Source: a virus
Taxonomy: Duplodnaviria; Heunggongvirae; Uroviricota; Caudoviricetes
Strand: one strand, 5' to 3'
Virus record (IMG/VR): IMGVR_UViG_3300037484_000445
Location: 96,001 to 160,000 of that record
DNA length: 64,000 nt
Numbering within the stretch: position 1 is the stretch's first letter; every line of letters starts with the position of its first letter. The position numbers and the translations under genes were made by a program. A model generated the notes under the pieces. The model saw only the letters and a program-made list of their open reading frames with translations. It was not told the DNA's origin and made no database searches. Positions 52,701 to 61,657 of this stretch are shown piece by piece.

Positions 52701-55700
52701 ATGATTAATGTAGCCATTCCTACAGATGACACACTTACTTACGACGAAGTCGCCCCTTCGTTGAACAATAGGGATATTGCGGGCAACCCCACAAACCCTA
52801 TCTTCAATGCAGCCATCTATAGCGATACGCCGAGTATTAGGGTTCGCAGTTTGTTCACGGACAAGGGTCCTATCGCCAAACCCTTATTGGTTCTACAGTC
52901 GGGTGTTGGCGCGGTGGTCAATACCGTCACGGAGGTGACTCTTCCAGGAGCTTCTTTGACCTCGGCCCACGTCGGGTTGTACGTCAGACTTGGGCAGCGT
53001 GGCCTTCTGTCTACGTCGACTTCAGCTGTTGTCGGGCTTGATGTCGCGATCTCGGAGGCCATTAGTGTACCCGACTCCCTAAAGGTCGAGATCTTCCGAC
53101 CTTCCAGTATTCGCACAGTCTATACCACTTTGAGTGGTACCTACAAGATTGTGGGTGTCCTCACGAGTACCCGCGTTAGACTTCAAGCGTCATTCACGCT
53201 TCCTGAAGGGGCCAATGGTACGCTGTATTGGGACTTAGTAGACCCTAGGAATGGCCAAATCGCTGATGACCCTGCGGACGTCACGGTTCGTATCAATGGT
53301 ACTACGGTGGTTCCTGACGCGGTTATTGGACTCTTGGGGCAGATTGTCTTGCCTGTAACTCCCTCGCCTACGGACAACGTTCAGGTTGACTATGCTTGGT
53401 GCTTCAATCCAACGGTTGAGTGCCGCCGCCTGAATTCCAAGGAGTTTCGTCTCAATTTTTGGGACCGTAACAAGGGCTTGGGTGCCAACACCGAACAGCA
53501 CCGGTACCGTTACAACAATGTGTTGGTGAAGCCAAGTAGCTACGTCACTCTTAATAGCCTGGGTCGGCAGGTACAGCCCAAGCTTCGTGAACTGCACTAT
53601 CGGGCCTACGAGAGGGCCTACACTCCGGTTTTCAACGACCCTACAACGCTACTTCTCAATAGCCCCACACACAAGATCGCCTACCCCTCATCAAGGCGAG
53701 AGGTTTCCGAAGAATTCGTTGTGTATGAGGGGACGGTATTGCCCGAGAATGACACTGCTCCTTGGGTTCGTCATGGAACGGGCGTTACTACGATCTCAGC
53801 TGGTGTTCTGACTGTCGTAGACAATTCCACGGGGGTTTTTCCTACAGGTCAGTCGATTTTCTGGACCAAGGCTCTCGATCTGACCTTCCCTAGCGCTTTT
53901 GCCTTGTCTTGGCGTATGCTGATCAACAGTGTACCTGTTCTTGATGGGGTCTTCACGGGAGTCGGCGCTGGGTATTCCGATGACTTGTTAGCGTTTGTTG
54001 TCGGCTTCTTGGACGTTGGTGGCGTCAAGAAAATAGGTTTTTTGAAGCGTGGTTTTGGGGACAATCCTTCCGTTGAATCTTCGTGGACAGGTGGCTTGGA
54101 TACAGACTCCTTGCCAACCGGGCTCCCCGTAGAATTCGATTGGAGTGTTCTGCATAGTTACCGTCTATTCAAAGATCCAAGCGGTGTGGTTCATCTTCTT
54201 GTGGATGGCAACATCGTCGACAGCTTGAGGATCACAACAAATGAAGCTCCTTTCCTTGAGGAGCTGAATGCGCCCTTTGATGAGCTACAGGGAGTTTTCT
54301 TTGGTTCCTTGTCTCGAGTAGCCGAGAACTCTTCAGATTGGGATTTCATACGGTACTTGATTCTACCTACGAACCCGATTCAAACGAGCCCTTCCTCTTT
54401 CGTGAACTATGAAGGAACTGTCAATCCTGAGGTGGCGACTAAGCCTTGGACCCCAGTTGGTTACCATGGGACAGAGACCATTCTTGGTGGGACCGCCCTG
54501 TTGCTGGATTCCACAAGTGCTACTGACGTTGGGACTTCGGCTCAAGTCGGCTTGATTGGGGGAGACTTTAGGGGGTTCGTCCGGATGGAGCCCCTGCTGT
54601 TGGCCGCCTCTCAAGTGGTCCTAGATGTAGATGTTCAACTCAGGACATACACCCACGGGATCGACCCATATGGGTTGCTCTTCGCTGTAGACGACGGATC
54701 CAGACTCATTCAAGTGACTTTCTTGGCTAGTAGCTCGACGCCCAAGTTGAGTTATGGGGGCCGCTCATTTCCCGAGGACTTCAGCCCTTACGTTTGGTCC
54801 TCTTTGGGTACGGCTACTGCCAGCATGATCGGTAGGGTCCTTCGCATTACGGATTCGTCGACTTCTACGGGGAAGGTTTACTTCATCGACGATTTGGCCC
54901 CACCTTTGTCGGATGCCCGAGTCGTTGATGTTACCACGGACTACTTCCTCGAGTTCCGGTGCCGTATGCTGTCCTATACGGCGGATCTAGCGGGTTTTGC
55001 TGGGGCGGTTGGCCAAGTTTCTGACGGTACCAGGTCCATTGGCATCATGCTGGAAGATATCGGGGGCACCAAGTACGTGACCCTGCATTCGGACGGAATT
55101 GCTGTATCCTCAGGCCAGTTCGCCTTCAATTGGGGCTCCGCTTATCATACCTACCGTTTGGCCAAGAACACAGCTGGTAACCTAGTCAGCCTATTCGTCG
55201 ATGGGGTCTTTTTGGGATCGGTGGCCTACAGTGCTTTTGCTGCGACGCCAGGCACGGCCGTCATCTCTTTTGGGTCTTCGACGTCCTCGAGTGTTGCTTC
55301 TCGTTCGGTGACTGAGTGGGCCTATTGCAATGCTTGGAGAACGCGTAGTGATCTGAAGCGCTACGTTGGCATCTGGAAGGGTTTTGATGACAACGCTCTC
55401 ACTGGCTACCACCTACCTGTAAAGACTACGGGAATCGGGGCTCAGGTGGCAGGAAACGGCCTTGGTGACAACGCCGCCGATTTCATTGCCGCTTTAGTCA
55501 CAGGCGGGGACCAATTGATAGTGGATGTAGGGTCGAATAAGGGGGTCTACACGATTGTAGCCGTTATCGACGCCAACAACTTAACCATCTCTGTAAGTTG
55601 GCCTGTGGCGCCTTCAGTTGTGAGCTATCGAATCATCAAAGAAACTGATTGGTCGACCTCGCACAAGTACCGTCTCACAAAGGACTCCACGGGTGAAGTG

Positions 55701-56828
55701 GATTTGTTTTTGGATGCTCAACCTGATGCTCTGATCCGCATAGGGTACAACTCCATTGACCTGCCCGAGAGTGGCGTGGGTATCGTCAAAACCCTATCCA
55801 ATGGCTTGGCTTCGATTGTGTTTGGATCCTTCAGTCCAGATGACCTTGAACAATCGTGGTGGGATTTCGTTCGCTACGGGATCACTCGAACTCCAACAGA
55901 ACGAGAAATAGCGCCTCATCATCAAGTTCTAAATCAGTGGAATGTGATGGAAAGCCCCGAGCTCTTGACCACCACCATCCCACACCCTTTGACCAGCTAC
56001 AAGTCGAGCTCTACGGGCATAACTCCGAAGATTGACCCAGACTTTTTGGCAAATACTGGACTCTCGGCTTTCACGCAACTTAACGATGGTACGCCTTTAG
56101 TACCGAGTACACAGACATATGAGGTACGTAAGCCTTACCCGGTTCAAACGAACATTTCGACTTTGAACACCCCTTCGGATGTTATGGCCAATCAGCCATT
56201 CACCATCAATGATGGTGAGATTCAATACGAACTCATCCTCCCGGACGATATTCTGTATTCGTCTTTGGACGTCATCGAGCAGACAACTGGAGACGATGCA
56301 CCAATCACCCCCTTTGGGGACCAAATAGGTCCTACTGATTTGGGTATTCAGTATACCCAGAGGGTGTGCCTAAATTATGTAGCTACTACGTTACCTGAGA
56401 ACGACACGGCGTCGCCTACTCCTTGGTCTCGACACAGTGACGTTCCTTCCGATGTTATGGCGTCGGTTCTTGGTGGAATTCTCACCTATCAAACCATTGG
56501 GTCTCGTACGGCCTACCTGAACAATACCCCGTTACCGGATGCGCCAAGCCTTGTGACGGAGGTTCGTTTCCGACTAAGGCTCATCGATGACGCAACTCTT
56601 GGGACGGGGGACACTAAGGTTCGTTTTGGTCTTTCGGCCCCAGGGTTGACAGTGGCCTTAGCCTTCGTCACGACCGTGATGGCGGAGCGCTATGTCCTAG
56701 TGGTCGATTTGAATTCAGGCAACTATTTAGGTTCTGTGAGTTTCGATTTCTTAGACGGGGCCTTCCACAACTATCGCATTGTGCGAGATCCAGGGGCCGG
56801 TGTGGTCCAAGTTTTCATTGATGCCTAA
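52701..56828 (+). CDS. large baseplate/fibre protein with four ConA/laminin-G-like repeats
   Basis: Four Y.G...PE....W starts and four H.YR..K.....V.LF.D ends. Lies after the wedge genes. Confidence 0.7.
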   Translation: MINVAIPTDDTLTYDEVAPSLNNRDIAGNPTNPIFNAAIYSDTPSIRVRSLFTDKGPIAKPLLVLQSGVGAVVNTVTEVTLPGASLTSAHVGLYVRLGQRGLLSTSTSAVVGLDVAISEAISVPDSLKVEIFRPSSIRTVYTTLSGTYKIVGVLTSTRVRLQASFTLPEGANGTLYWDLVDPRNGQIADDPADVTVRINGTTVVPDAVIGLLGQIVLPVTPSPTDNVQVDYAWCFNPTVECRRLNSKEFRLNFWDRNKGLGANTEQHRYRYNNVLVKPSSYVTLNSLGRQVQPKLRELHYRAYERAYTPVFNDPTTLLLNSPTHKIAYPSSRREVSEEFVVYEGTVLPENDTAPWVRHGTGVTTISAGVLTVVDNSTGVFPTGQSIFWTKALDLTFPSAFALSWRMLINSVPVLDGVFTGVGAGYSDDLLAFVVGFLDVGGVKKIGFLKRGFGDNPSVESSWTGGLDTDSLPTGLPVEFDWSVLHSYRLFKDPSGVVHLLVDGNIVDSLRITTNEAPFLEELNAPFDELQGVFFGSLSRVAENSSDWDFIRYLILPTNPIQTSPSSFVNYEGTVNPEVATKPWTPVGYHGTETILGGTALLLDSTSATDVGTSAQVGLIGGDFRGFVRMEPLLLAASQVVLDVDVQLRTYTHGIDPYGLLFAVDDGSRLIQVTFLASSSTPKLSYGGRSFPEDFSPYVWSSLGTATASMIGRVLRITDSSTSTGKVYFIDDLAPPLSDARVVDVTTDYFLEFRCRMLSYTADLAGFAGAVGQVSDGTRSIGIMLEDIGGTKYVTLHSDGIAVSSGQFAFNWGSAYHTYRLAKNTAGNLVSLFVDGVFLGSVAYSAFAATPGTAVISFGSSTSSSVASRSVTEWAYCNAWRTRSDLKRYVGIWKGFDDNALTGYHLPVKTTGIGAQVAGNGLGDNAADFIAALVTGGDQLIVDVGSNKGVYTIVAVIDANNLTISVSWPVAPSVVSYRIIKETDWSTSHKYRLTKDSTGEVDLFLDAQPDALIRIGYNSIDLPESGVGIVKTLSNGLASIVFGSFSPDDLEQSWWDFVRYGITRTPTEREIAPHHQVLNQWNVMESPELLTTTIPHPLTSYKSSSTGITPKIDPDFLANTGLSAFTQLNDGTPLVPSTQTYEVRKPYPVQTNISTLNTPSDVMANQPFTINDGEIQYELILPDDILYSSLDVIEQTTGDDAPITPFGDQIGPTDLGIQYTQRVCLNYVATTLPENDTASPTPWSRHSDVPSDVMASVLGGILTYQTIGSRTAYLNNTPLPDAPSLVTEVRFRLRLIDDATLGTGDTKVRFGLSAPGLTVALAFVTTVMAERYVLVVDLNSGNYLGSVSFDFLDGAFHNYRIVRDPGAGVVQVFIDA

Positions 56829-56845
56829 ACCACAGTGAGATAACA

Positions 56846-59800
56846 ATGGCCGCAACAGCACTACTCAGGTTCACTCAAGGGCTTACTATTGGCGCCAACG
56901 GTCAGGCCCTCAAGGGTGTCATTGGTACCGCCGTAATGGTGCTAAACAGCGACGACACGGACGTCGCTTCGTGGCAGATTGACTTAGTCTACGTTGATCC
57001 TGCCAGTGCCCTTGTTCCAGTCACACCCTACGCCTTCAATGACAATGGTAGTGTGGCTACGGCGACCTTTACACCTGATGTGCGAGGAAGCTATCGTCTT
57101 GTCCTAAAAGTGTGGGCTCTTCCGGGCCGTGTTGGGGATCCAACAGATACGGATATTCGAGTCTTTGCTGTACCTGAGATCAACGGTTTCGTTGTTCCTC
57201 CGGCTCAGCTATGGCCTCGGCCGTTGCCACCCTTAGCCTCTGGTGAACCCGGTGCCAGGGCTTCTGAATTCAACTTCGGTGGACAGGCTGATGGTTGGGC
57301 TGGTGATGGATCCAGCGATGGCCTTTTGAATGAATTGATCCGTCGGGTTGATAATCTGACCTCAGCCACATCAGTGCAAGAGGTTCTCTCTGTTTTGACG
57401 AATGGTCAGACAGCATTCACTCTCTCTCGTCCGACGACGTCGGATTCGACCGTTGTGCTATATGTGAACGGCGTCAAACAGACCTATGGTACGGACTACA
57501 CAGTAGGTGGATCCAATCTCACTTACTTGGGTACAACGCCAAGCCTTGTGACGACGGACGTAGTTGAAGTTTGGTTCATCGTAGGGAGCCAGCTGGTAGG
57601 CAATAACTCCACCCGTCAAGAGACTGTGCCCGTAACAGTCAATGGCCAGACGGCGTTCACGTTGTCCGAGGCAACAACTTCCAACACCACTGTGGAGATG
57701 TTCCTTAACAGCGCTAAGATGCAGTACGGCACGGACTATTCCGTGAATGGTTTCAATGTGACCTACACGGGGTCAATACCTACTCAGACGACGGACGTAG
57801 TTGAGTTTTGGTACGTCATAGGTCCGATCGTGAGTGGTGGTGGTAGTGGAACTGTTGACTTTTTACCTGATCCTGACACAGGTTGGTACGCTGAGAAACT
57901 TCACTCATTTGGGATGATAAGTCCTAAGTCTCTCATTCAAGCTGGTTCGAATCTTTGGATAGTTGATGAGGGTGATCAGTACAACATACCTGCTGCCTTG
58001 ATTCGTGCTGATGTCACCACTCGACGACCCCAGGTCATCAGTAGAGCTCCCTACTTGGGAGAGCGTTGGAAGTCGTTCGCTTTTTACACCTCAACTGTTG
58101 GGGCGATTCTCTCAGATGATGCCTCAGGTAATCGACACCTCTTTGAGGTAACAATCAACGGGAACCAGATTTTTGTCGATACAGGTAACCCGTACTTGTT
58201 AGGAGCTTCGACAGGTACGGATCCCATCCCGGCTCCTTGGCGTCCTTATGACAACGAGGCCCCTCTCATTTTTGCTGGTGGTTACTATTGGACCGTTGTT
58301 AGCACAGGGGTCGTTCGAATCGATCCCACGAACTTGTCTGGACCCTACACGACGATCCCAATAACCAATTGTCGTTGGTTGGTTTACGATGCTGACGGCA
58401 CACATTATTCCGATAGCCAACCGAGACTCTGGGTGCTTTCAAACTCAGGCATACCTTCGGTTAGCCGTATTGAATTGACGGGTCTAACTGTCGAGAGCTC
58501 TGTAGCACCCTTCGGTGTGACCAATTCTACGGCAACTCAAATTCTGATCGGTGGCAGCAATCTATTCGTGATCGGCTACGATGGTACGACTCTAGACCAT
58601 ATTGCTCGTATCACTCTGAACCCTGTGGCTCTCAGCGATGTAGCCCCTATCACGGGCGTTCACGGGCCTTTGAGTGCTGTCTACGAACCATCCGCCGGTA
58701 AGCTCATAGTCGTTGGTATTGAGGCGAGTCTCAGCATTGATTACACGATAAGCCGCGTTGACCCTTCTACTCTGGCCACAGAGCAAACCGTCATTGGTAA
58801 CCCTGCTTATGGCTACCTGCCGGGACCTGTGTTGGTGCCTTACCCGTTGGCAGCCTTGAGTTCTACGTGGATCCCGGACACCACTATAAATACTGTTCGT
58901 CAAGTAGTTACGAGCTCTTTGGCTTCCAGCAACTTGCATCCCTTCTCACTGGAATACCAAGAACCAAATTACGCGTTTGATGTCGTTTATGTCGACATGC
59001 ATGCCACCTATGCATACTCCTACGGGTCACCTGAAAACCCCTACAAGAGACTGAGTGATGTCTTTCAGTCTGTTTTTATGGACTCTACGTTGATACTAGC
59101 TAGGGGTAACTACACTACTTTGGATGCTGGCCCTCTGACGCCTCCAACCAATATGAGTTTCGTTGGCAGAGGCGAGCCTTCGCTTACGACGATCCCTGCT
59201 TTGACAGCCGCAGGACTAAATATCTCACTGCAGAATGTCACGGTGGGTAACATCACTGCAACTAGTCTCATCTTAGACAACTGCGTCATAGCTCCAGGAT
59301 CGGCCATCGTTGCTACCAGTGTTCAACTTCAGAATACTGTAGTGAGTAGCACTGTTAGCTTCACTTCGACTACCTTGTATGCTGATAACACCTCGACTTA
59401 CTGGTTCGACACGAACGGGGCTACGCTTACAGGTACTCGAACTCTTATTAGTGCTCCAGCTGAAAGGCTACGAACTGCAACGGGAGCGGTAGATATCTCC
59501 GCTGCTGCCGCTCCCTCTATCGGTCAACTCCTTGTGGCAACGAGTCCCACGACGGCAACGTGGCAAACGGTTGCTACATCACTTCAGGTTACGGTTCCCA
59601 ATAGTTCTCCTCAAAACGTAGATACTATCGTAGCGCCTCCCGGTTTCAAGATAACCTCCACGACGTTATCTATCTACAATGGAGGTCAGAACTCTGCCGA
59701 CGTAACCCTAAACACGGATGCGTCAATGGCTGTCTTGGCCGTGGTCATAACCGGGTTGAATATCAACAGCTTCTACACTTGCACTCTAGGCTTCCGTTGT

Positions 59801-60073
59801 GTGATCTGGCAAAGTGGTACGAGGGCTAACTCAGGGTCCATGGATTGTGTAGTGGACTTGTATATCACCACTGATGGGGCTGGTGTGGCTACCGTGGTGG
59901 TTCAAACCACACCTCTCATAGATACTTCGAGACTATTGACCGCGCTTATTGCTTCTACGATGATCGTGGATCCTTCTGTCGGGGGCTTCACTATTTCAGC
60001 GACTCGCCCAATCGGTGTAACCTGTATCACGCGGGCTAAATGGTGGGTGGTTGCTTTCGAGGACATCACATGA
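56846..60073 (+). CDS. tail fibre / receptor-binding protein (Ig-like domain, two tandem beta-domains, propeller-like region, beta-helix)
   Basis: PKD-like TFTPDVRGSYRLVL. Duplicated NGQTAFTLS...YGTDY.V.G...TY.G...TTDVVE.W domain. YVD...GSPENPYK beta-helix cap. Confidence 0.7.
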   Translation: MAATALLRFTQGLTIGANGQALKGVIGTAVMVLNSDDTDVASWQIDLVYVDPASALVPVTPYAFNDNGSVATATFTPDVRGSYRLVLKVWALPGRVGDPTDTDIRVFAVPEINGFVVPPAQLWPRPLPPLASGEPGARASEFNFGGQADGWAGDGSSDGLLNELIRRVDNLTSATSVQEVLSVLTNGQTAFTLSRPTTSDSTVVLYVNGVKQTYGTDYTVGGSNLTYLGTTPSLVTTDVVEVWFIVGSQLVGNNSTRQETVPVTVNGQTAFTLSEATTSNTTVEMFLNSAKMQYGTDYSVNGFNVTYTGSIPTQTTDVVEFWYVIGPIVSGGGSGTVDFLPDPDTGWYAEKLHSFGMISPKSLIQAGSNLWIVDEGDQYNIPAALIRADVTTRRPQVISRAPYLGERWKSFAFYTSTVGAILSDDASGNRHLFEVTINGNQIFVDTGNPYLLGASTGTDPIPAPWRPYDNEAPLIFAGGYYWTVVSTGVVRIDPTNLSGPYTTIPITNCRWLVYDADGTHYSDSQPRLWVLSNSGIPSVSRIELTGLTVESSVAPFGVTNSTATQILIGGSNLFVIGYDGTTLDHIARITLNPVALSDVAPITGVHGPLSAVYEPSAGKLIVVGIEASLSIDYTISRVDPSTLATEQTVIGNPAYGYLPGPVLVPYPLAALSSTWIPDTTINTVRQVVTSSLASSNLHPFSLEYQEPNYAFDVVYVDMHATYAYSYGSPENPYKRLSDVFQSVFMDSTLILARGNYTTLDAGPLTPPTNMSFVGRGEPSLTTIPALTAAGLNISLQNVTVGNITATSLILDNCVIAPGSAIVATSVQLQNTVVSSTVSFTSTTLYADNTSTYWFDTNGATLTGTRTLISAPAERLRTATGAVDISAAAAPSIGQLLVATSPTTATWQTVATSLQVTVPNSSPQNVDTIVAPPGFKITSTTLSIYNGGQNSADVTLNTDASMAVLAVVITGLNINSFYTCTLGFRCVIWQSGTRANSGSMDCVVDLYITTDGAGVATVVVQTTPLIDTSRLLTALIASTMIVDPSVGGFTISATRPIGVTCITRAKWWVVAFEDIT
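57376..57820 (+). repeat. tandem duplication of an 80-aa beta-domain
   Basis: QEVLSVLTNGQTAFTLS...TTDVVEVWF and QETVPVTVNGQTAFTLS...TTDVVEFWY. GACGACGGACGTAGTTGA is shared at DNA level. Confidence 0.8.
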
Positions 60074-61011
60074 GTGCCCCTGGGATCATCAGTACGCCCT
60101 ATCTTCGACCCCTTATTACTTACGCTGGGAGTGTTCAGGCAATTTCAGTGGGTAATGGGCCTCGTGGGCTATCGATCAGTCCTGATAGCAGGTATGTCTA
60201 TGTGGCCAACTTCGATGCTAGTACGGTATCTAGGATCGATCTGATGTCCATGACCGTTGTAGACACTTGGTCCGTAGGTTCAGGGCCAACACATTGTGCG
60301 GTATCCCCCGATGGGACTTTGGCGTTCACCTCCAACAACAATACAGGGGGCGTTACTAGAATCGTTACTGCCACCGGGGCTACGAGCAGTATCTCTACTG
60401 GGTCACTCCCTAGATGGTGTACTTTCACCCCAGACGGATTGTATCTTCTCGTTTGCAACATTGCATCTCAGACTGTTTCCAAACTGAGAATCTCTGACAA
60501 CGCAATCGTTGCAACAATCAGTTCTAGTACGGGCCCGATTGCTGTTGACGTTTCACCTGATGGTTCCCTAGCCTACGTCGCCAACTACGACTCGGGCTCA
60601 ATAACTAGAATCGTAATGGCTACCGATGCAACAAGCAGTTTTGCTGTTGGATCCGCCTTACATGCTGTCAAGTTCACACCAAATGGCAAGTATGCCTATG
60701 TGGCTTCTAATTCAGGCACACCATTGTACCGTATAGATGTAGCCACAAATGCAGTTACATCGGCTGGTTCAATCGGATCTGGTGGTTTGGGTGTCGGTGT
60801 GTCTCCAGACGGATCAATGACCTATCTGGTGCTTAACGGTTCATATGTGTTGAAGCGCGTAAATGTGACAACGGGTGTGGTGTCGGACTTAACTACTTCT
60901 GGTAGTGGGCCTTGGTCTGCAGCATTTGCTCCCAATGGCACTGTTGCTTGTGTGTCGAACAACAATGGTGGTGGGGCAGGTACTGTATCAGTGATTAGGC
61001 TTCGAGGATGA
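60070..61011 (+). CDS. YVTN/YncE-type seven-bladed beta-propeller protein
   Basis: ATGA overlap at 60070. Seven repeats of G..P.....SPDG..AYV.N.....V.RI...T. Confidence 0.88.
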   Translation: MSAPGIISTPYLRPLITYAGSVQAISVGNGPRGLSISPDSRYVYVANFDASTVSRIDLMSMTVVDTWSVGSGPTHCAVSPDGTLAFTSNNNTGGVTRIVTATGATSSISTGSLPRWCTFTPDGLYLLVCNIASQTVSKLRISDNAIVATISSSTGPIAVDVSPDGSLAYVANYDSGSITRIVMATDATSSFAVGSALHAVKFTPNGKYAYVASNSGTPLYRIDVATNAVTSAGSIGSGGLGVGVSPDGSMTYLVLNGSYVLKRVNVTTGVVSDLTTSGSGPWSAAFAPNGTVACVSNNNGGGAGTVSVIRLRG

Positions 61012-61012
61012 A

Positions 61013-61657
61013 TTGTGGGACCCTATGAAATTCTGCATGCTCCATTCAAGAGACTACTCACCGGCAACCATCACTGTGCCGAAGGTTGAACGCTATTGTT
61101 CCCTTCACGGTCACAGCATTGTTCGAAAGGTGTGCCCTACAACCCTTGAAGGTTGGGAAAGAATCCCTTTCCTGCAGGAGATGCTGGCTTCGGTAGATGA
61201 TGGTACTTGGCTAGTTTGGTGCGAAGCCAATGTCCTGTTTCTGCGAGAGGACTTTGACCTAAGTGGCAACCTCTCCGAGGACAAAAGCTTTGTCTTTGCC
61301 GATAGTGGCACTAGCCCTTGGTTGAACGCAGGGTTCTTTGCCCTAAAGGTCGAACCTATTAGCCGGGAACTCTTGAGCCGCTGCTTGATGACCAAGGGTA
61401 TAGGACCTGTTGGCTTTGGATCTCACAAGACAGTTCAAGAGGCTTTCCGTGGGGTTATAGAGACAGACCCGTTGATGAGGATACGAACTGCAAGATTCCC
61501 TTCAAGCGTCATTCAAGGGCCTAATACAGAGTACTCAAAAACTGCTTTCGCCGCTCATTTGAGTACCCCGGGAACGTCAGCACAAGTTCTCGAAAGAGTG
61601 AAACTCGTTCTTGAAAGGGGTTGGGGCTCCGTCGGCTTGTCCCTAACGAGGTCATAA
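61013..61657 (+). CDS. GT34 (galactosyltransferase GMA12/MNN10-like) glycosyltransferase, non-canonical DxD
   Basis: YC..HG, WERIPFL, WLVWCEANVLF, LNAGFFALK, QEAF, F..H. The start is TTG 61013 or ATG 61025. Confidence 0.6.
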   Translation: MWDPMKFCMLHSRDYSPATITVPKVERYCSLHGHSIVRKVCPTTLEGWERIPFLQEMLASVDDGTWLVWCEANVLFLREDFDLSGNLSEDKSFVFADSGTSPWLNAGFFALKVEPISRELLSRCLMTKGIGPVGFGSHKTVQEAFRGVIETDPLMRIRTARFPSSVIQGPNTEYSKTAFAAHLSTPGTSAQVLERVKLVLERGWGSVGLSLTRS

